A DNA stretch of 64,000 nt from Candidatus Dormiibacterota bacterium (GTDB taxonomy: Bacteria > Acidobacteriota > Terriglobia > Acidiferrales > UBA7541), in NCBI GenBank assembly GCA_035603595.1, contig DATNKB010000353.1, positions 14,856-78,855 on the forward strand, read 5' to 3'. The notes beneath the pieces were generated by a model, which saw only the letters and a program-made list of their open reading frames with translations, made no database searches and was not told the origin of the DNA. Positions 54,133-63,418 of this stretch are shown here, piece after piece (the stretch's first letter is position 1; each line of letters opens with the position of its first letter). Position numbers and translations under genes: made by a program.

Positions 54133-55464
54133 ATGCCTGGCACAACAACAAAAAATAATACTGTGCGGACATTAGCTCCGCTTCTACCGCTTGGGATAGC
54201 ACTTCTTCACGGGACAATAGCCGCACCTAAGAGCTCGACCGCTGACCGCATCCGAACCGCACACACTAATAAGGTCTTGAGTTCGCGTTCGGTCTCGAGC
54301 AATGGCCCCGCGCCGCTTCTCCGCACAGGACACCCTGTCGACTGGTGGTTCGTGTTCAAGTTTAATTCGAAGGCATTTCCTGCCTGCGAAGGCGGAGCAA
54401 CACGAACTTGTCCTTTCGGAGGAGAGGTCCAGAACTACAAGACCTTTGGGCAGCAGTTCGTCTATTCGAGTAGCGAGAATCCATCGTTGCAAAAGGGTGC
54501 TGACTGTGTGGGCGACACGACATCGCAGCCCCTCGGTGCAACCTTTGATGAGGTCTATAACAGTTCCACCTATTATGTAATTTGGAATGACCAGTTCTAT
54601 GACGACCCGGAGTTGGAGGGCTGCACGAAACAATGTGGCAGTCCCTGGGGTCATTCGAAAGGGATGCTCGCCTGGAATGATGATGGGGCTGGGTTTGTCC
54701 TACAGGTCACGACGCCTTCTTGGCCGGCCTCTGGTAACAAGGAATTTCCCCGAAAAAGCGATGGAAATACACTCGGCTGCGTTGAGGACAATAACGTGCT
54801 GGTCAGTCAAGATTTCTTCGCTCTGCGTCTCAACAAAAATGACGTTCTCGTCGTCCTCAAGTCTCTCCAAAATAGTAGCGTCGTGACCGACCCAGAGAAT
54901 CAGCAGATTGTAAAGAACGGCGGGCCGACAGACGTGCAGGAACTAGTGAAGAATCTTGGCACAAAATCCCAAAGCGAGACCGTCCTCAAGAACACACTCT
55001 CAAGTGGAGTAACGTTGGTCTCAAAGCCGTCCGGTCTTCATGTGCCACCTTGGCAGATGGTTTCTGCCCTTCTCGATGGCGTTGACCTCCGAACTGCAAC
55101 TTGGTGGGCAAATCCCGCCATTTATACGACTACGGCTTCCACAGCAATCGATTGTTGGGATGACTCGCTGGGAAATCCCGGGGCAGTGCAGATAGCGACA
55201 ACAGGGCGATGGGACGGAACAGAATTTGGCTTAAAGGGAGGGCTAGGACCAAATTTCAATCACGCAAAGTTAGGAGTATCGGTTTCCGAGGGACAACACT
55301 ATTCGATTTTTGGTGATCTGAATCAACAGGGGACAATCTCAGGTGCGAACTGTGGAAGCAGCCAGAATGGGCGAGGAGGCCTGTTTTACGTGATCGAGAA
55401 CGCAGATCTATCGGAAAGTCTCAAAAGCTTGATTAGCGGTGATACCGCACCGACCAAACCATAG
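54133..55464 (+). CDS. deoxyribonuclease II family protein (bacterial DNase II homologue), secreted
   Basis: The RBS GGAGGTGG precedes the ATG, and the N-terminus is signal-like. Three blocks line up with animal DNase II:
- GHPVDWWFVFKF;
- VIWNDQ...GHSKGMLAWNDDGAGFVLQVTTPSWP (first HxK motif);
- NFNHAKLGVSVSEGQHYSIFGDLNQQ...GRGGL (second HxK motif). Confidence 0.85.
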   Translation: MPGTTTKNNTVRTLAPLLPLGIALLHGTIAAPKSSTADRIRTAHTNKVLSSRSVSSNGPAPLLRTGHPVDWWFVFKFNSKAFPACEGGATRTCPFGGEVQNYKTFGQQFVYSSSENPSLQKGADCVGDTTSQPLGATFDEVYNSSTYYVIWNDQFYDDPELEGCTKQCGSPWGHSKGMLAWNDDGAGFVLQVTTPSWPASGNKEFPRKSDGNTLGCVEDNNVLVSQDFFALRLNKNDVLVVLKSLQNSSVVTDPENQQIVKNGGPTDVQELVKNLGTKSQSETVLKNTLSSGVTLVSKPSGLHVPPWQMVSALLDGVDLRTATWWANPAIYTTTASTAIDCWDDSLGNPGAVQIATTGRWDGTEFGLKGGLGPNFNHAKLGVSVSEGQHYSIFGDLNQQGTISGANCGSSQNGRGGLFYVIENADLSESLKSLISGDTAPTKP

Positions 55465-55606
55465 TAACGTCTCCCTTCCGTTTGACAAGTGTAAAGCAGC
55501 AGTGTATTTGTGGCTGCCGCATGCCTTGGTGTATCGACACCCGCAGCATGGAGTCCTGCACAATACTGGCTGACGAGGAAAATACTATGCGGAGCTTGGT
55601 GTCTTT

Positions 55607-56368
55607 ATGAGGAATGATCACGGGCTTACAATCTTGGATAATGGTAAGCCACCGGCTGAGCAGAGGCCAGGGGACGCGCGTTGCCCAGGGAGAACGTTCC
55701 ACCCTAGAGGACTGCAATTGATAAAACGTGCCCTCGTCTTGCTTTTATTCATTACGGCAGTCTTGGTCGCCTTCGCTTTGTTCTCGGCTGCCCGTACTAG
55801 AGAACAAGCGCAAACATTCTTGGGTCAACTGCTCCGGCTTGAAGTCGGCCATTCGACTTTCGTAGATGTCAACGAATTGGCGGATAGATTTCATGGAGAG
55901 AGTTTTGGAGTGGGTAGCCTACCTCCGCTATGTAGTCCAGAATACGGCCGCTTTAGCTTTTCGATCGTAAGTAATTGGCAAGGGATATTGCGTGTTGGTC
56001 CGCGCAGGGCTGTGATTGCAAATGTCGAAATTGCACGCGACAGGCTGAGATTACGCTATGTAGCCCTTGCCTTTCACGGGGACAAATATTTGGAGGTATT
56101 TGCTGACGAGAGGATCGCCTGGCAGTCGGGAGAGGATGTACGAGTTGTACAGCGCGAAAACAATTTGCCGAGTATAGGCTTCGAATTAAGTCCGACGGCA
56201 CCTGCCTCCGTTCGGTCGTTGGCCTTCAACTTCAATCTCACATGCCTCGACTGGCTGAAAGGCTGTAAGAGTCCAGATGAAGTGCTTCCGGCTCTGAAGA
56301 CATACGGAAAAGCTATCGAGGAAAGCATTTTGCTTATTAGGCGTTGGAGCTCGGGCCATCAGCCGTAA
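55607..56368 (+). CDS. single-pass membrane-anchored protein, hypothetical
   Basis: The TM helix ALVLLLFITAVLVAFALF is followed by a soluble domain of about 180 aa. I recognise no family. Confidence 0.5.
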   Translation: MRNDHGLTILDNGKPPAEQRPGDARCPGRTFHPRGLQLIKRALVLLLFITAVLVAFALFSAARTREQAQTFLGQLLRLEVGHSTFVDVNELADRFHGESFGVGSLPPLCSPEYGRFSFSIVSNWQGILRVGPRRAVIANVEIARDRLRLRYVALAFHGDKYLEVFADERIAWQSGEDVRVVQRENNLPSIGFELSPTAPASVRSLAFNFNLTCLDWLKGCKSPDEVLPALKTYGKAIEESILLIRRWSSGHQP

Positions 56369-56538
56369 CCTGCTCAATCGGATGTATAACGTCTGCTATG
56401 GACTAACCTGCGGTCCTGGACGCAATGATCCGCAACGGCTCATCTTCAAGCAGGAATGCATTGCTGTAACCAGACGCCTTGCGTCACTGAGAAGGGTATA
56501 CCTCCTCAAATCTCCGATCGGTTGTCAATACGAACGAA

Positions 56539-59500
56539 GTGAGCTATTGTCGCCGGCGACTTATGTCTTTCGGGGCGCTACGCGCGGCGTATCGGCCGGT
56601 CACTTGTTTTTCCTTCCTCGCACTTTGTCTCCTCTTTGCAGTTCGTATTCTGCCTACTGTTTTCGGTAGTGCCGTCCCACAGCCTACGTCTATCGAAGCA
56701 CTTAGCATTGCTCTTCCGGAGCAGCGCCTCCATCAATTGTTAGCGGGCTGGGATGACGCGATGAATTCGGGAGACTTGTCCGTGGTCGTCGCGGCGCTCA
56801 ACGATCTCGAGTTTGCACCCCGCTCTCTGAAATCGCAGATTCTTGAGCAGATGAAACAGTCAACAGCGTTGGCAAGCTTATTTAAATCCCTCAACCTTCC
56901 AGACCAGGATCAGCTCTTGAGAGTTGTGTCCCGCTATCCTGAAGTAGCTCAAACGCTGCAACCCCAGATCGCTGCTCAAATCAAGTCGCTCAGACTCTTA
57001 CCTGACAACCTTCAGTACATCTCCGATTTAGTAAGCGCATTGCTGCACACCGGATCTCTCACTCCGGACCTTCAAAACGAGGCTTTTGAAGCACTCAAAC
57101 GAGCAGACGATCCTCAAGTCATTGCCTCACTGGCGCCGGTTTTCAGCCATCACGCCGAGCTCTTCCGAAATAGACAAAGCGAGATCCGACCTTGGCTCAG
57201 TCTGCAGTCGTCCGAGAAATCTCGTATTGCAATGCATCTGCTCCTCCTCTGGAAAGCTCCGTTGCCGGTTGAAACAGTAGACTCCGCCCTCCGCGATGAA
57301 ACCTCCGGTTTTCAGGATGAGGCGTTTCAATACATCGCTTCAATGCCTTCGGCGTTGTCTGTTGAGAATCTGAAACTCGTGGTGCAGATTGTAGACAAGC
57401 CCCACTCACCTTCCACCTGGGACGAAGCATACAAAACGCTCGCGGCGAAAAGGCCTGATCTCTTGAATCAATATTTCATTGAGCCGAGTAAGCCCTTTAA
57501 CTCTTGGTCGCTTCTTCCCTCCGCTATTGTCCTACGGATTCTTCAAGTGCTCCCTCCGGAGCGCGACTCGGTTGTTTCCGGGTGGTCTCTGATCACTGGA
57601 CCGCGAGCTGATAAAGACTCCTGCGCGACGGTGAAAGCAAACCTGACACTCCTCGCGCGTAAAGCACGGTCAGGAGAGAAGGTTAGCGACGGTTTATGGG
57701 CTGCTCTTCAGGCGCCGCAGTCGTGCAATGACCCGGCTGACGAGGGTATCAACAAATTCATCGAGGCAGTATTGGCCCCCAATCAGAGCGGCTCGGATTT
57801 TTCTCAATTCCTGTTAGGCCATTCGAAATCCCCTCAATGGAATAACTTCATCGACGGAGTTGCGTTGCAGACTGGTTACACCTCGTCTTTCGAGGCTGGC
57901 GGACGAGGCTCGTCGGCTCTCCACCGCGCCCTCTCGCCAGTCTTGACGAAAATGCTTTTAAGTGGTGCCACGGATAAATCCCTGGAACTGCTTCGCCTGG
58001 GTGTGTACCCGGACTCCACCGCATTAGAGTCCGCGCGTTTCTTCAACGCTTTCGAGGACAAAGGCCGACTGGCCAACGAAGCCAAGCTCGAAACTCTTGG
58101 TAGGCTGGGCCACTTACCAAACCTCGTCACGAACCTAATAAAGGGAATCGCCGAAGATACCGGCCAGAAACCCACGATTCGCAGGAATGCGATTGTCGCA
58201 TTGTCGATGCTGGACAATCGTTCAGATTTTGCTGATTTGTTTCTGCGCATCGCTCAAGAACCTGCTCCTCTTCCCTCTGCGGTCGCTCTCAGTGCACTAG
58301 TCCGCGTCTACCGGGATCCGCCACAGGATCATCTGGCTTTGGACCCTAAGGCATCTTGGTTGTCACTGATATCCACGTCCAATGAAGGGCTGAAACACAG
58401 CGATGCCCAGCTTCTATTTACGCTTCTGGCAAATCGCAATCCCGCCTTTGCCGGACTACTATTCCAAGCTCTAGGCGGCGAAGTTACTGGTTATCGCTGT
58501 TGGGACTTGGCCGTCGTTGGATCGATTCCATCCGACTTATGGCTCTCCATTCTGGATATCGGACTCAACGACCAGCGCAGCCTGTCAGGCGCGAGGGCCT
58601 GCGTGCTGCTCTTAACCGGCGATCAACCGAGCGCAGGGTCGATCAGCACTGCGCTAACCGGAGCGCGGTCCCAGAATCTCCCTTCGAACCGGGACGACCG
58701 TTTGGCTTTGCTTAGCGCACTAGGCGCTGCATGGCCTTACACGGCCGGGCTCCCTCGAGTCCGACAAGCTGTCGCAAATCAGGTTGATTTATTGGCTTCC
58801 TCATTGCCCTACAACTTGGCCAGTCAATCCCAACTGAAAGAGTGGTCCAGCCGGCTTAAAGGCGTATCGCCTCAGACCGCTCAGAAAATTGACGGCGAGA
58901 TTGCCAAGCGAAGAACCCTACTCGCTTTTGTCGGCATACCTTCCATCCTGGTGCTGCATTTTCTGTTCTGGATCGTCCTTTTGTTTTTGTATCCCTATTT
59001 TCCAGCCGTGCAGTCAGTGATTTTCTGGAATCCATTGGCACGGAAAGTGATCGCCCTTGGTTACATGGACACAGTTTTTTTGTCATTGCCTTTTGCCCGG
59101 CGCCGACTCTTTGCACCGTTTCGCGATCAGATGTTTGGCGAAATCCTCCAGCCTGGCGTCAGCGAATTCGACAGACGTTCTTATTTTGACAAAGGACGCG
59201 TCAAAAGAGTCGCAGTAGCGGAGAACTCGATTGATCAAATCAAGGAGGAACTGATCGTCGAGGCTCTTCGACAGTTGGGGGCACGCGTTCTCTTGCTCGG
59301 AGCCTCCGGTCTCGGTAAATCCAGTTTTCTGCGTTATTCCCTGCGCCGGAAGGCAGACGCGAAGACTGACATCGTCATGTACTTACCCGCCCTGCGCTGC
59401 TCGGCCGGCGTCGAAGATGCCATGGCCCGGCGCATCCCGATGTTTTCCCAGGATCAGGACCTCCTCAAGGCATTGATATATGCAGGTCGAATCGAGGTTT

Positions 59501-60975
59501 ACATTGACGGCTACAATGAAGTCGACCTACTAACGCAGGAAAAGATCACCGCCTTCATGTCGCTTTATCCTCACGCGCGAATCTTGGTGACCAGCCAGAT
59601 CCGGTTGCGAGGCCTTAGTCTCATTGAGACTCTGGAGCTCCAGCCGCTGCGGCACGATGAAATCTCCGAATTCCTCGCAGGCCGCGAGCTGGCCCTTCCA
59701 GAAACAGCGGTGGTCCGCGGCAACGACTATCGAAAGATTACGGAAATGTACCTGAAGAATTTATGGAGAGAGATTTCGGACCCAGCTGAAATTCGTGCCT
59801 ATGAGACGATCTTATCGAACCCAATGGATTTGACGACGGTCGCCATTGTCCTAGGCAACGGCAAAGAACCTAATCTGCTCTCTTTGCAGGAGCAGCAGTT
59901 TCAATTAATGTCCGAAAGGTACTTGGCGCAGCATGAGACCGCATTTCGAACGGAAGCGTTCGCCGAGGACATATTTCAACGTCGAGTAACAGGGGATGAT
60001 GATCTGACGGAATCTCCTTTTGCCCGTGAAATAAGTGCCCTCATCACCGAGAAGATGGCCCTCGTCAGAACAGTCGAAGTACCCGGCCGTCCGCCAAGGC
60101 AGGAGATCCGCTTTCGTCATGACCGGATCCGCGACTATGTCTCTCACTTTGCATTCCTGGGCGAAGAACATGACGGTCGCCGAGTTGAATATGCCAAAGA
60201 CGACCGCTTTCTTGGCGTGTATGAATATTTGGCCAAAGTTCTTCCGCTTGGGCTTGCAGAGCGGCTTCGCGAATTCCTCCTCATGCGCGCGGTGGAAACG
60301 CAGGATCACCGAGTCAGTGATACCTTCATCCTGCAGCTGTCGTGGCGCCAGCAGTTTGCTTCGGAAGACCCGCTCTGGATGACCGATTTCGATTTACCGG
60401 ACGCTAAGGCGGCCGATCTAGAGTTCGATAGTCTGCAAACCAGTCGCGGCAACCTCGAAGCACGCATGATTGAGCTAAAGACTCAGATGACAGACTCACG
60501 TCGCCGAACTCGATTGCTCACTCAGTATGAGGACGACCGCCTTCTGGAAGGCGCCGTACTCTGCTTACTGGATCGAGGGGGTGAACGACTCTCGTCCGTT
60601 CGAACATCCGGATCTGGGGCCGTCATGCTCCACTCTCCCCAAAATACCGAATTGATATTGGTGGCTCTCGGAAGCCGAACCCGAATAGATCCATTCCAAA
60701 TCGAATTATTGGAACAAAGGGCCAAGCTGTTTCCACGTCCGATCGTGCTAGTGACTAACTCTCAAGTGGCGGTTCGCCCGAACGAACGTGAAGCGGATAT
60801 TCAAGCTGATCAACGTGAACGGCTGTCGCGCGATCGCATCGTCGCGGTCAGTGCAGTCGAGCTCTACGAGTTGTACGCGAAGTTCACCCAGGATCTTGAG
60901 CTCTTCTGGGCAGAATTGGAATCAAAATGTTTAAGCGAAAGAGCAGCCCGTCCACAGATCGAAAGAGCGGATTGA
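56539..60975 (+). CDS. 1478-aa transmembrane P-loop NTPase (STAND/NACHT-like) with N-terminal extracytoplasmic helical-repeat region
   Basis: The N-terminus is a signal/anchor (FSFLALCLLFAVRILPTVFG). About 750 aa of Leu/Ala-rich helical-repeat-like sequence follow, then TM helices at about nt 58915-59060 (TLLAFVGIPSILVLHFLFWIVLLFLYPYF). Walker A is LLLGASGLGKSS (GASGLGKS at 59299-59322). Walker B-like is IEVYIDGYNEV (about 59497-59523). The C-terminal region of about 250 aa contains a coiled coil. The start could instead be the ATG at 56563. Confidence 0.8.
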   Translation: MSYCRRRLMSFGALRAAYRPVTCFSFLALCLLFAVRILPTVFGSAVPQPTSIEALSIALPEQRLHQLLAGWDDAMNSGDLSVVVAALNDLEFAPRSLKSQILEQMKQSTALASLFKSLNLPDQDQLLRVVSRYPEVAQTLQPQIAAQIKSLRLLPDNLQYISDLVSALLHTGSLTPDLQNEAFEALKRADDPQVIASLAPVFSHHAELFRNRQSEIRPWLSLQSSEKSRIAMHLLLLWKAPLPVETVDSALRDETSGFQDEAFQYIASMPSALSVENLKLVVQIVDKPHSPSTWDEAYKTLAAKRPDLLNQYFIEPSKPFNSWSLLPSAIVLRILQVLPPERDSVVSGWSLITGPRADKDSCATVKANLTLLARKARSGEKVSDGLWAALQAPQSCNDPADEGINKFIEAVLAPNQSGSDFSQFLLGHSKSPQWNNFIDGVALQTGYTSSFEAGGRGSSALHRALSPVLTKMLLSGATDKSLELLRLGVYPDSTALESARFFNAFEDKGRLANEAKLETLGRLGHLPNLVTNLIKGIAEDTGQKPTIRRNAIVALSMLDNRSDFADLFLRIAQEPAPLPSAVALSALVRVYRDPPQDHLALDPKASWLSLISTSNEGLKHSDAQLLFTLLANRNPAFAGLLFQALGGEVTGYRCWDLAVVGSIPSDLWLSILDIGLNDQRSLSGARACVLLLTGDQPSAGSISTALTGARSQNLPSNRDDRLALLSALGAAWPYTAGLPRVRQAVANQVDLLASSLPYNLASQSQLKEWSSRLKGVSPQTAQKIDGEIAKRRTLLAFVGIPSILVLHFLFWIVLLFLYPYFPAVQSVIFWNPLARKVIALGYMDTVFLSLPFARRRLFAPFRDQMFGEILQPGVSEFDRRSYFDKGRVKRVAVAENSIDQIKEELIVEALRQLGARVLLLGASGLGKSSFLRYSLRRKADAKTDIVMYLPALRCSAGVEDAMARRIPMFSQDQDLLKALIYAGRIEVYIDGYNEVDLLTQEKITAFMSLYPHARILVTSQIRLRGLSLIETLELQPLRHDEISEFLAGRELALPETAVVRGNDYRKITEMYLKNLWREISDPAEIRAYETILSNPMDLTTVAIVLGNGKEPNLLSLQEQQFQLMSERYLAQHETAFRTEAFAEDIFQRRVTGDDDLTESPFAREISALITEKMALVRTVEVPGRPPRQEIRFRHDRIRDYVSHFAFLGEEHDGRRVEYAKDDRFLGVYEYLAKVLPLGLAERLREFLLMRAVETQDHRVSDTFILQLSWRQQFASEDPLWMTDFDLPDAKAADLEFDSLQTSRGNLEARMIELKTQMTDSRRRTRLLTQYEDDRLLEGAVLCLLDRGGERLSSVRTSGSGAVMLHSPQNTELILVALGSRTRIDPFQIELLEQRAKLFPRPIVLVTNSQVAVRPNEREADIQADQRERLSRDRIVAVSAVELYELYAKFTQDLELFWAELESKCLSERAARPQIERAD

Positions 60976-61493
60976 AGCTCTTCATCCTCGCGCTATTCCT
61001 CGCGTGTCTAATATGTGTGTCGCCTACACCCGCTGAGATCTTTCAAAGCCAATTCCTCCGCTTCCAGTTACCGGATGGCTGGCACTGTCATCTTGAAGAT
61101 GACGTCTTCGTCTGCTATCCCCCTCTTCCGAAGGGTCACAAAGCGCCGACGATCATAATCCTCGCAGCGAAAATCGCTGGAGACGATGACACCCTTCCGG
61201 GCTACATGGCCTACCTGCGCAAGAATAGGTCTGTAACCGGAGCATCGTCTCTTGTCGAAGGTCCGAAGATCGCCGACGATATCGGCAAAGTCAAATGGGT
61301 TGAGGCAACTCACTTCGAATCGGAAATACCGGAGTTTTATACGACCTATCTCGCCACTACGTGGAACGGATTATCCATACTGGTGACGTTCAGTGGCCAC
61401 AAAAGCGTCTTCCCCCGATTTCGGGACCTGATTCTATCCTGCATCAACAGCATGGAGGTGAAAGACGACTGGAAAAAGCACACCAAGAAATAG
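60927..61493 (+). CDS. 188-aa secreted/anchored protein, hypothetical
   Basis: It overlaps the NTPase gene end by 49 nt. The signal-like segment is LKLFILALFLACLICVSPTPAE. Confidence 0.55.
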   Translation: MFKRKSSPSTDRKSGLKLFILALFLACLICVSPTPAEIFQSQFLRFQLPDGWHCHLEDDVFVCYPPLPKGHKAPTIIILAAKIAGDDDTLPGYMAYLRKNRSVTGASSLVEGPKIADDIGKVKWVEATHFESEIPEFYTTYLATTWNGLSILVTFSGHKSVFPRFRDLILSCINSMEVKDDWKKHTKK

Positions 61494-61924
61494 CACCACA
61501 AACGGAGAATAACTCTCTTGCTCCTGCGACCTGTCACACTGAAGACAGCATAGCGGTAGGGCTTCTTTGTTGGATGTGGCTAGGCGTCAGATCGCGCGGA
61601 AACGCAGCAGCGCCAAAGCGACACCGACGGCCGAGTGAAAGCAAAATGATGAGTTAGTTCGTGGAGGAAGGGTTGAACCGCGTGCACCGGCCAAGGACCC
61701 AGCAGGAAACCACGCATGTTGTAAGGCGCCAGCTAATTTTGACCGTGCCTTCGCCGATTGATGTTTTATGGCGGCCGCGAATTTCTCGGACGAAAAACAG
61801 AACTTTAGCGTAGGACAAGGCGACAGCGCAGACGATGACCGCGGATTTATCGAGATGTAGGCGAGCACATCTTCCCCAATCGCAGATGTTTCGCTCGGCC
61901 GGAGGATGCCCAGATCTGACTTCG

Positions 61925-62143
61925 TTACGGCTTTTTGGGAGGCGAAGCGAATATGAGCTTTACCGACATAACGGCGTTCTTGCTCCGGTCAAGCTGCCCG
62001 GTAAGCGTGACTATATTTATGGGAACGCTGACTCCGCCGGTGACATCGGTCGTAACTCCATAGCTCACGGTGACGGATAGCTGCTTGAACACGAGCGGGT
62101 CTTTGTCGTCTGAGGAAGCAGGCATGGTGCTCTGTTCTTTCAC
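61925..62143 (-). CDS. 72-aa beta-rich protein, hypothetical
   Basis: The ORF has a GTG start. The sequence LVFKQLSVTVSYGVTTDVTGGVSVPINIVTLTGQLDRSKNAVMSVKLIF has an alternating beta pattern. It gives a weak impression of the small effector-associated beta domains seen in conflict systems. This is not enough for a family call. Confidence 0.35.
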   Translation of the reverse strand: MKEQSTMPASSDDKDPLVFKQLSVTVSYGVTTDVTGGVSVPINIVTLTGQLDRSKNAVMSVKLIFASPPKKP

Positions 62144-62212
62144 CTGTGGTTCGCCGAAACTCCAGCCTACCGTGAAATCAACAACATAGCTGCTGTCATC
62201 TCACAACCGTTC

Positions 62213-63289
62213 TGTTATAAATCCTGACCATGTTTCGCGTCCTCGGGCTCTGCTTCGGAATGCTGGTGCGCCTCTTTCGCGGGCGGCAAAGTCTCCTTCT
62301 CGAGAATCTCGCTTTGCGTCAACAACTTGTCGCCCTGGAGCGTCGACATCCTCGCCCGAGCCTCAACCCCTTCGATAAGCTCTTGTGGATGATTGCCCGG
62401 CGAGTCTGGTCGGAATGGAAACATTCTCTCATCCTGGTCACGCCGGAAACCGTCGTCCGCTGGTACCGGAGTGGTTTTCGTATGTATTGGAGGTTGATCT
62501 CCAGAGTCCGTAGGCACGTCGGAAGAAGACCGGCGCCGAAGGAGGTTCGGGAATTGATCTTCCAGATGGTTGCCGAGAACCCAACTTGGGGAGCGCCGCG
62601 GATCCATGGGGAACTCCGCGTGCTCGGTTTTGAGCTTTCCGAGAGAACCATCTCCCGTTGGATGAAGAGAGCGCCGAGAGATCCCGACCGCTCCAAGCGC
62701 TGGCTAACCTTCCTTCGCAACCATCGGGAAGCGATTGTTGCCATGGATTTCTTGACGGTGCCAACGATTATGTTCGGCGTGCTCTACTGCTTCTTCGTCA
62801 TCAGTCATGATCGGCGGCGCATCCTGCACGTTAATGTCACGAAGCATCCGACGAGCGGTTGGATCACCCAGCAGTTGCCGGAGACGTTTCCCTTTGAAAC
62901 CTCTGTCAAATACTTGATTTTTGATCACGATCGGAAGTTTGGGTTCGAGGTGATCGCAGCGGTGAAAGCGACAAGGATCATTCCCAAGCGAACTTCATTC
63001 CGAAGTCCTGGCAGAATGGCATCGCGGAGCGTTGGGTGGGAAGCTGTAGACGAGACCTGCTGGACCAGATTGTTGCGCTGAATGAACGCCATCTGAAGCG
63101 ATTGCTCTCCGAGTACGTTCGTTACCATCATGAGGACCGCACGCATCTCGGACTTGAGAAGGGGACACCTGAGGGCAGAATTCGTTCCGAAGCTTCGGGT
63201 CGGGTCCTTTCACAGGAGCGACTCGGAGGGCTGCACCATCGTTACAATCGAGCGGCATAGTTCGGCTTTCGGCCGGTCCTTTATATACA
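62213..63289 (+). mobile_element. insertion sequence (rve/DDE transposase, IS481/IS3-superfamily-like), about 1.08 kb
   Basis: The candidate terminal inverted repeats have TG...CA ends: TGTTATAAATCCTGACC (62213-62229) and GGTCCTTTATATACA (63275-63289; reverse complement TGTATATAAAGGACC). I found no target-site duplication, so the boundaries are tentative. Confidence 0.55.
62230..63260 (+). pseudogene. DDE (integrase-core) transposase with a 1-nt frameshift
   Basis: The N-terminal LLLENLALRQQLVALERR...LILVTPETVVRWYRSGFRMYW is typical of this transposase group. The DDE residues are in VAMDFLTVP, LIFDHDRKFG and NGIAERWVGS. The frame changes at 63008/63009: ...FRSP in frame 62230, then WQNGIAERWVGSCRRDLLDQ...HHRYNRAA in frame 63036. 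Confidence 0.8.
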
Positions 63290-63418
63290 TATATGTGTAT
63301 ATATGTGCGCTCCACGCGCACTCGGGTTCGCCCTCTTAGGGTCTTCTTGCTGTACCGAGTCCGTAATCGTATCCAAGCTTACTCTACCAAGAACCGACTC
63401 GTCTTGGGTCTCGGCTGA

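Noticed and set aside
63001-63015. Programmed -1/+1 ribosomal frameshifting in the IS transposase.
   Set aside because: There is no slippery heptamer (sequence cgaagtcctggcaga). The shift also lies inside the catalytic core, just before the DDE glutamate, not at an OrfA/OrfB boundary. A simple 1-nt deletion is more likely.
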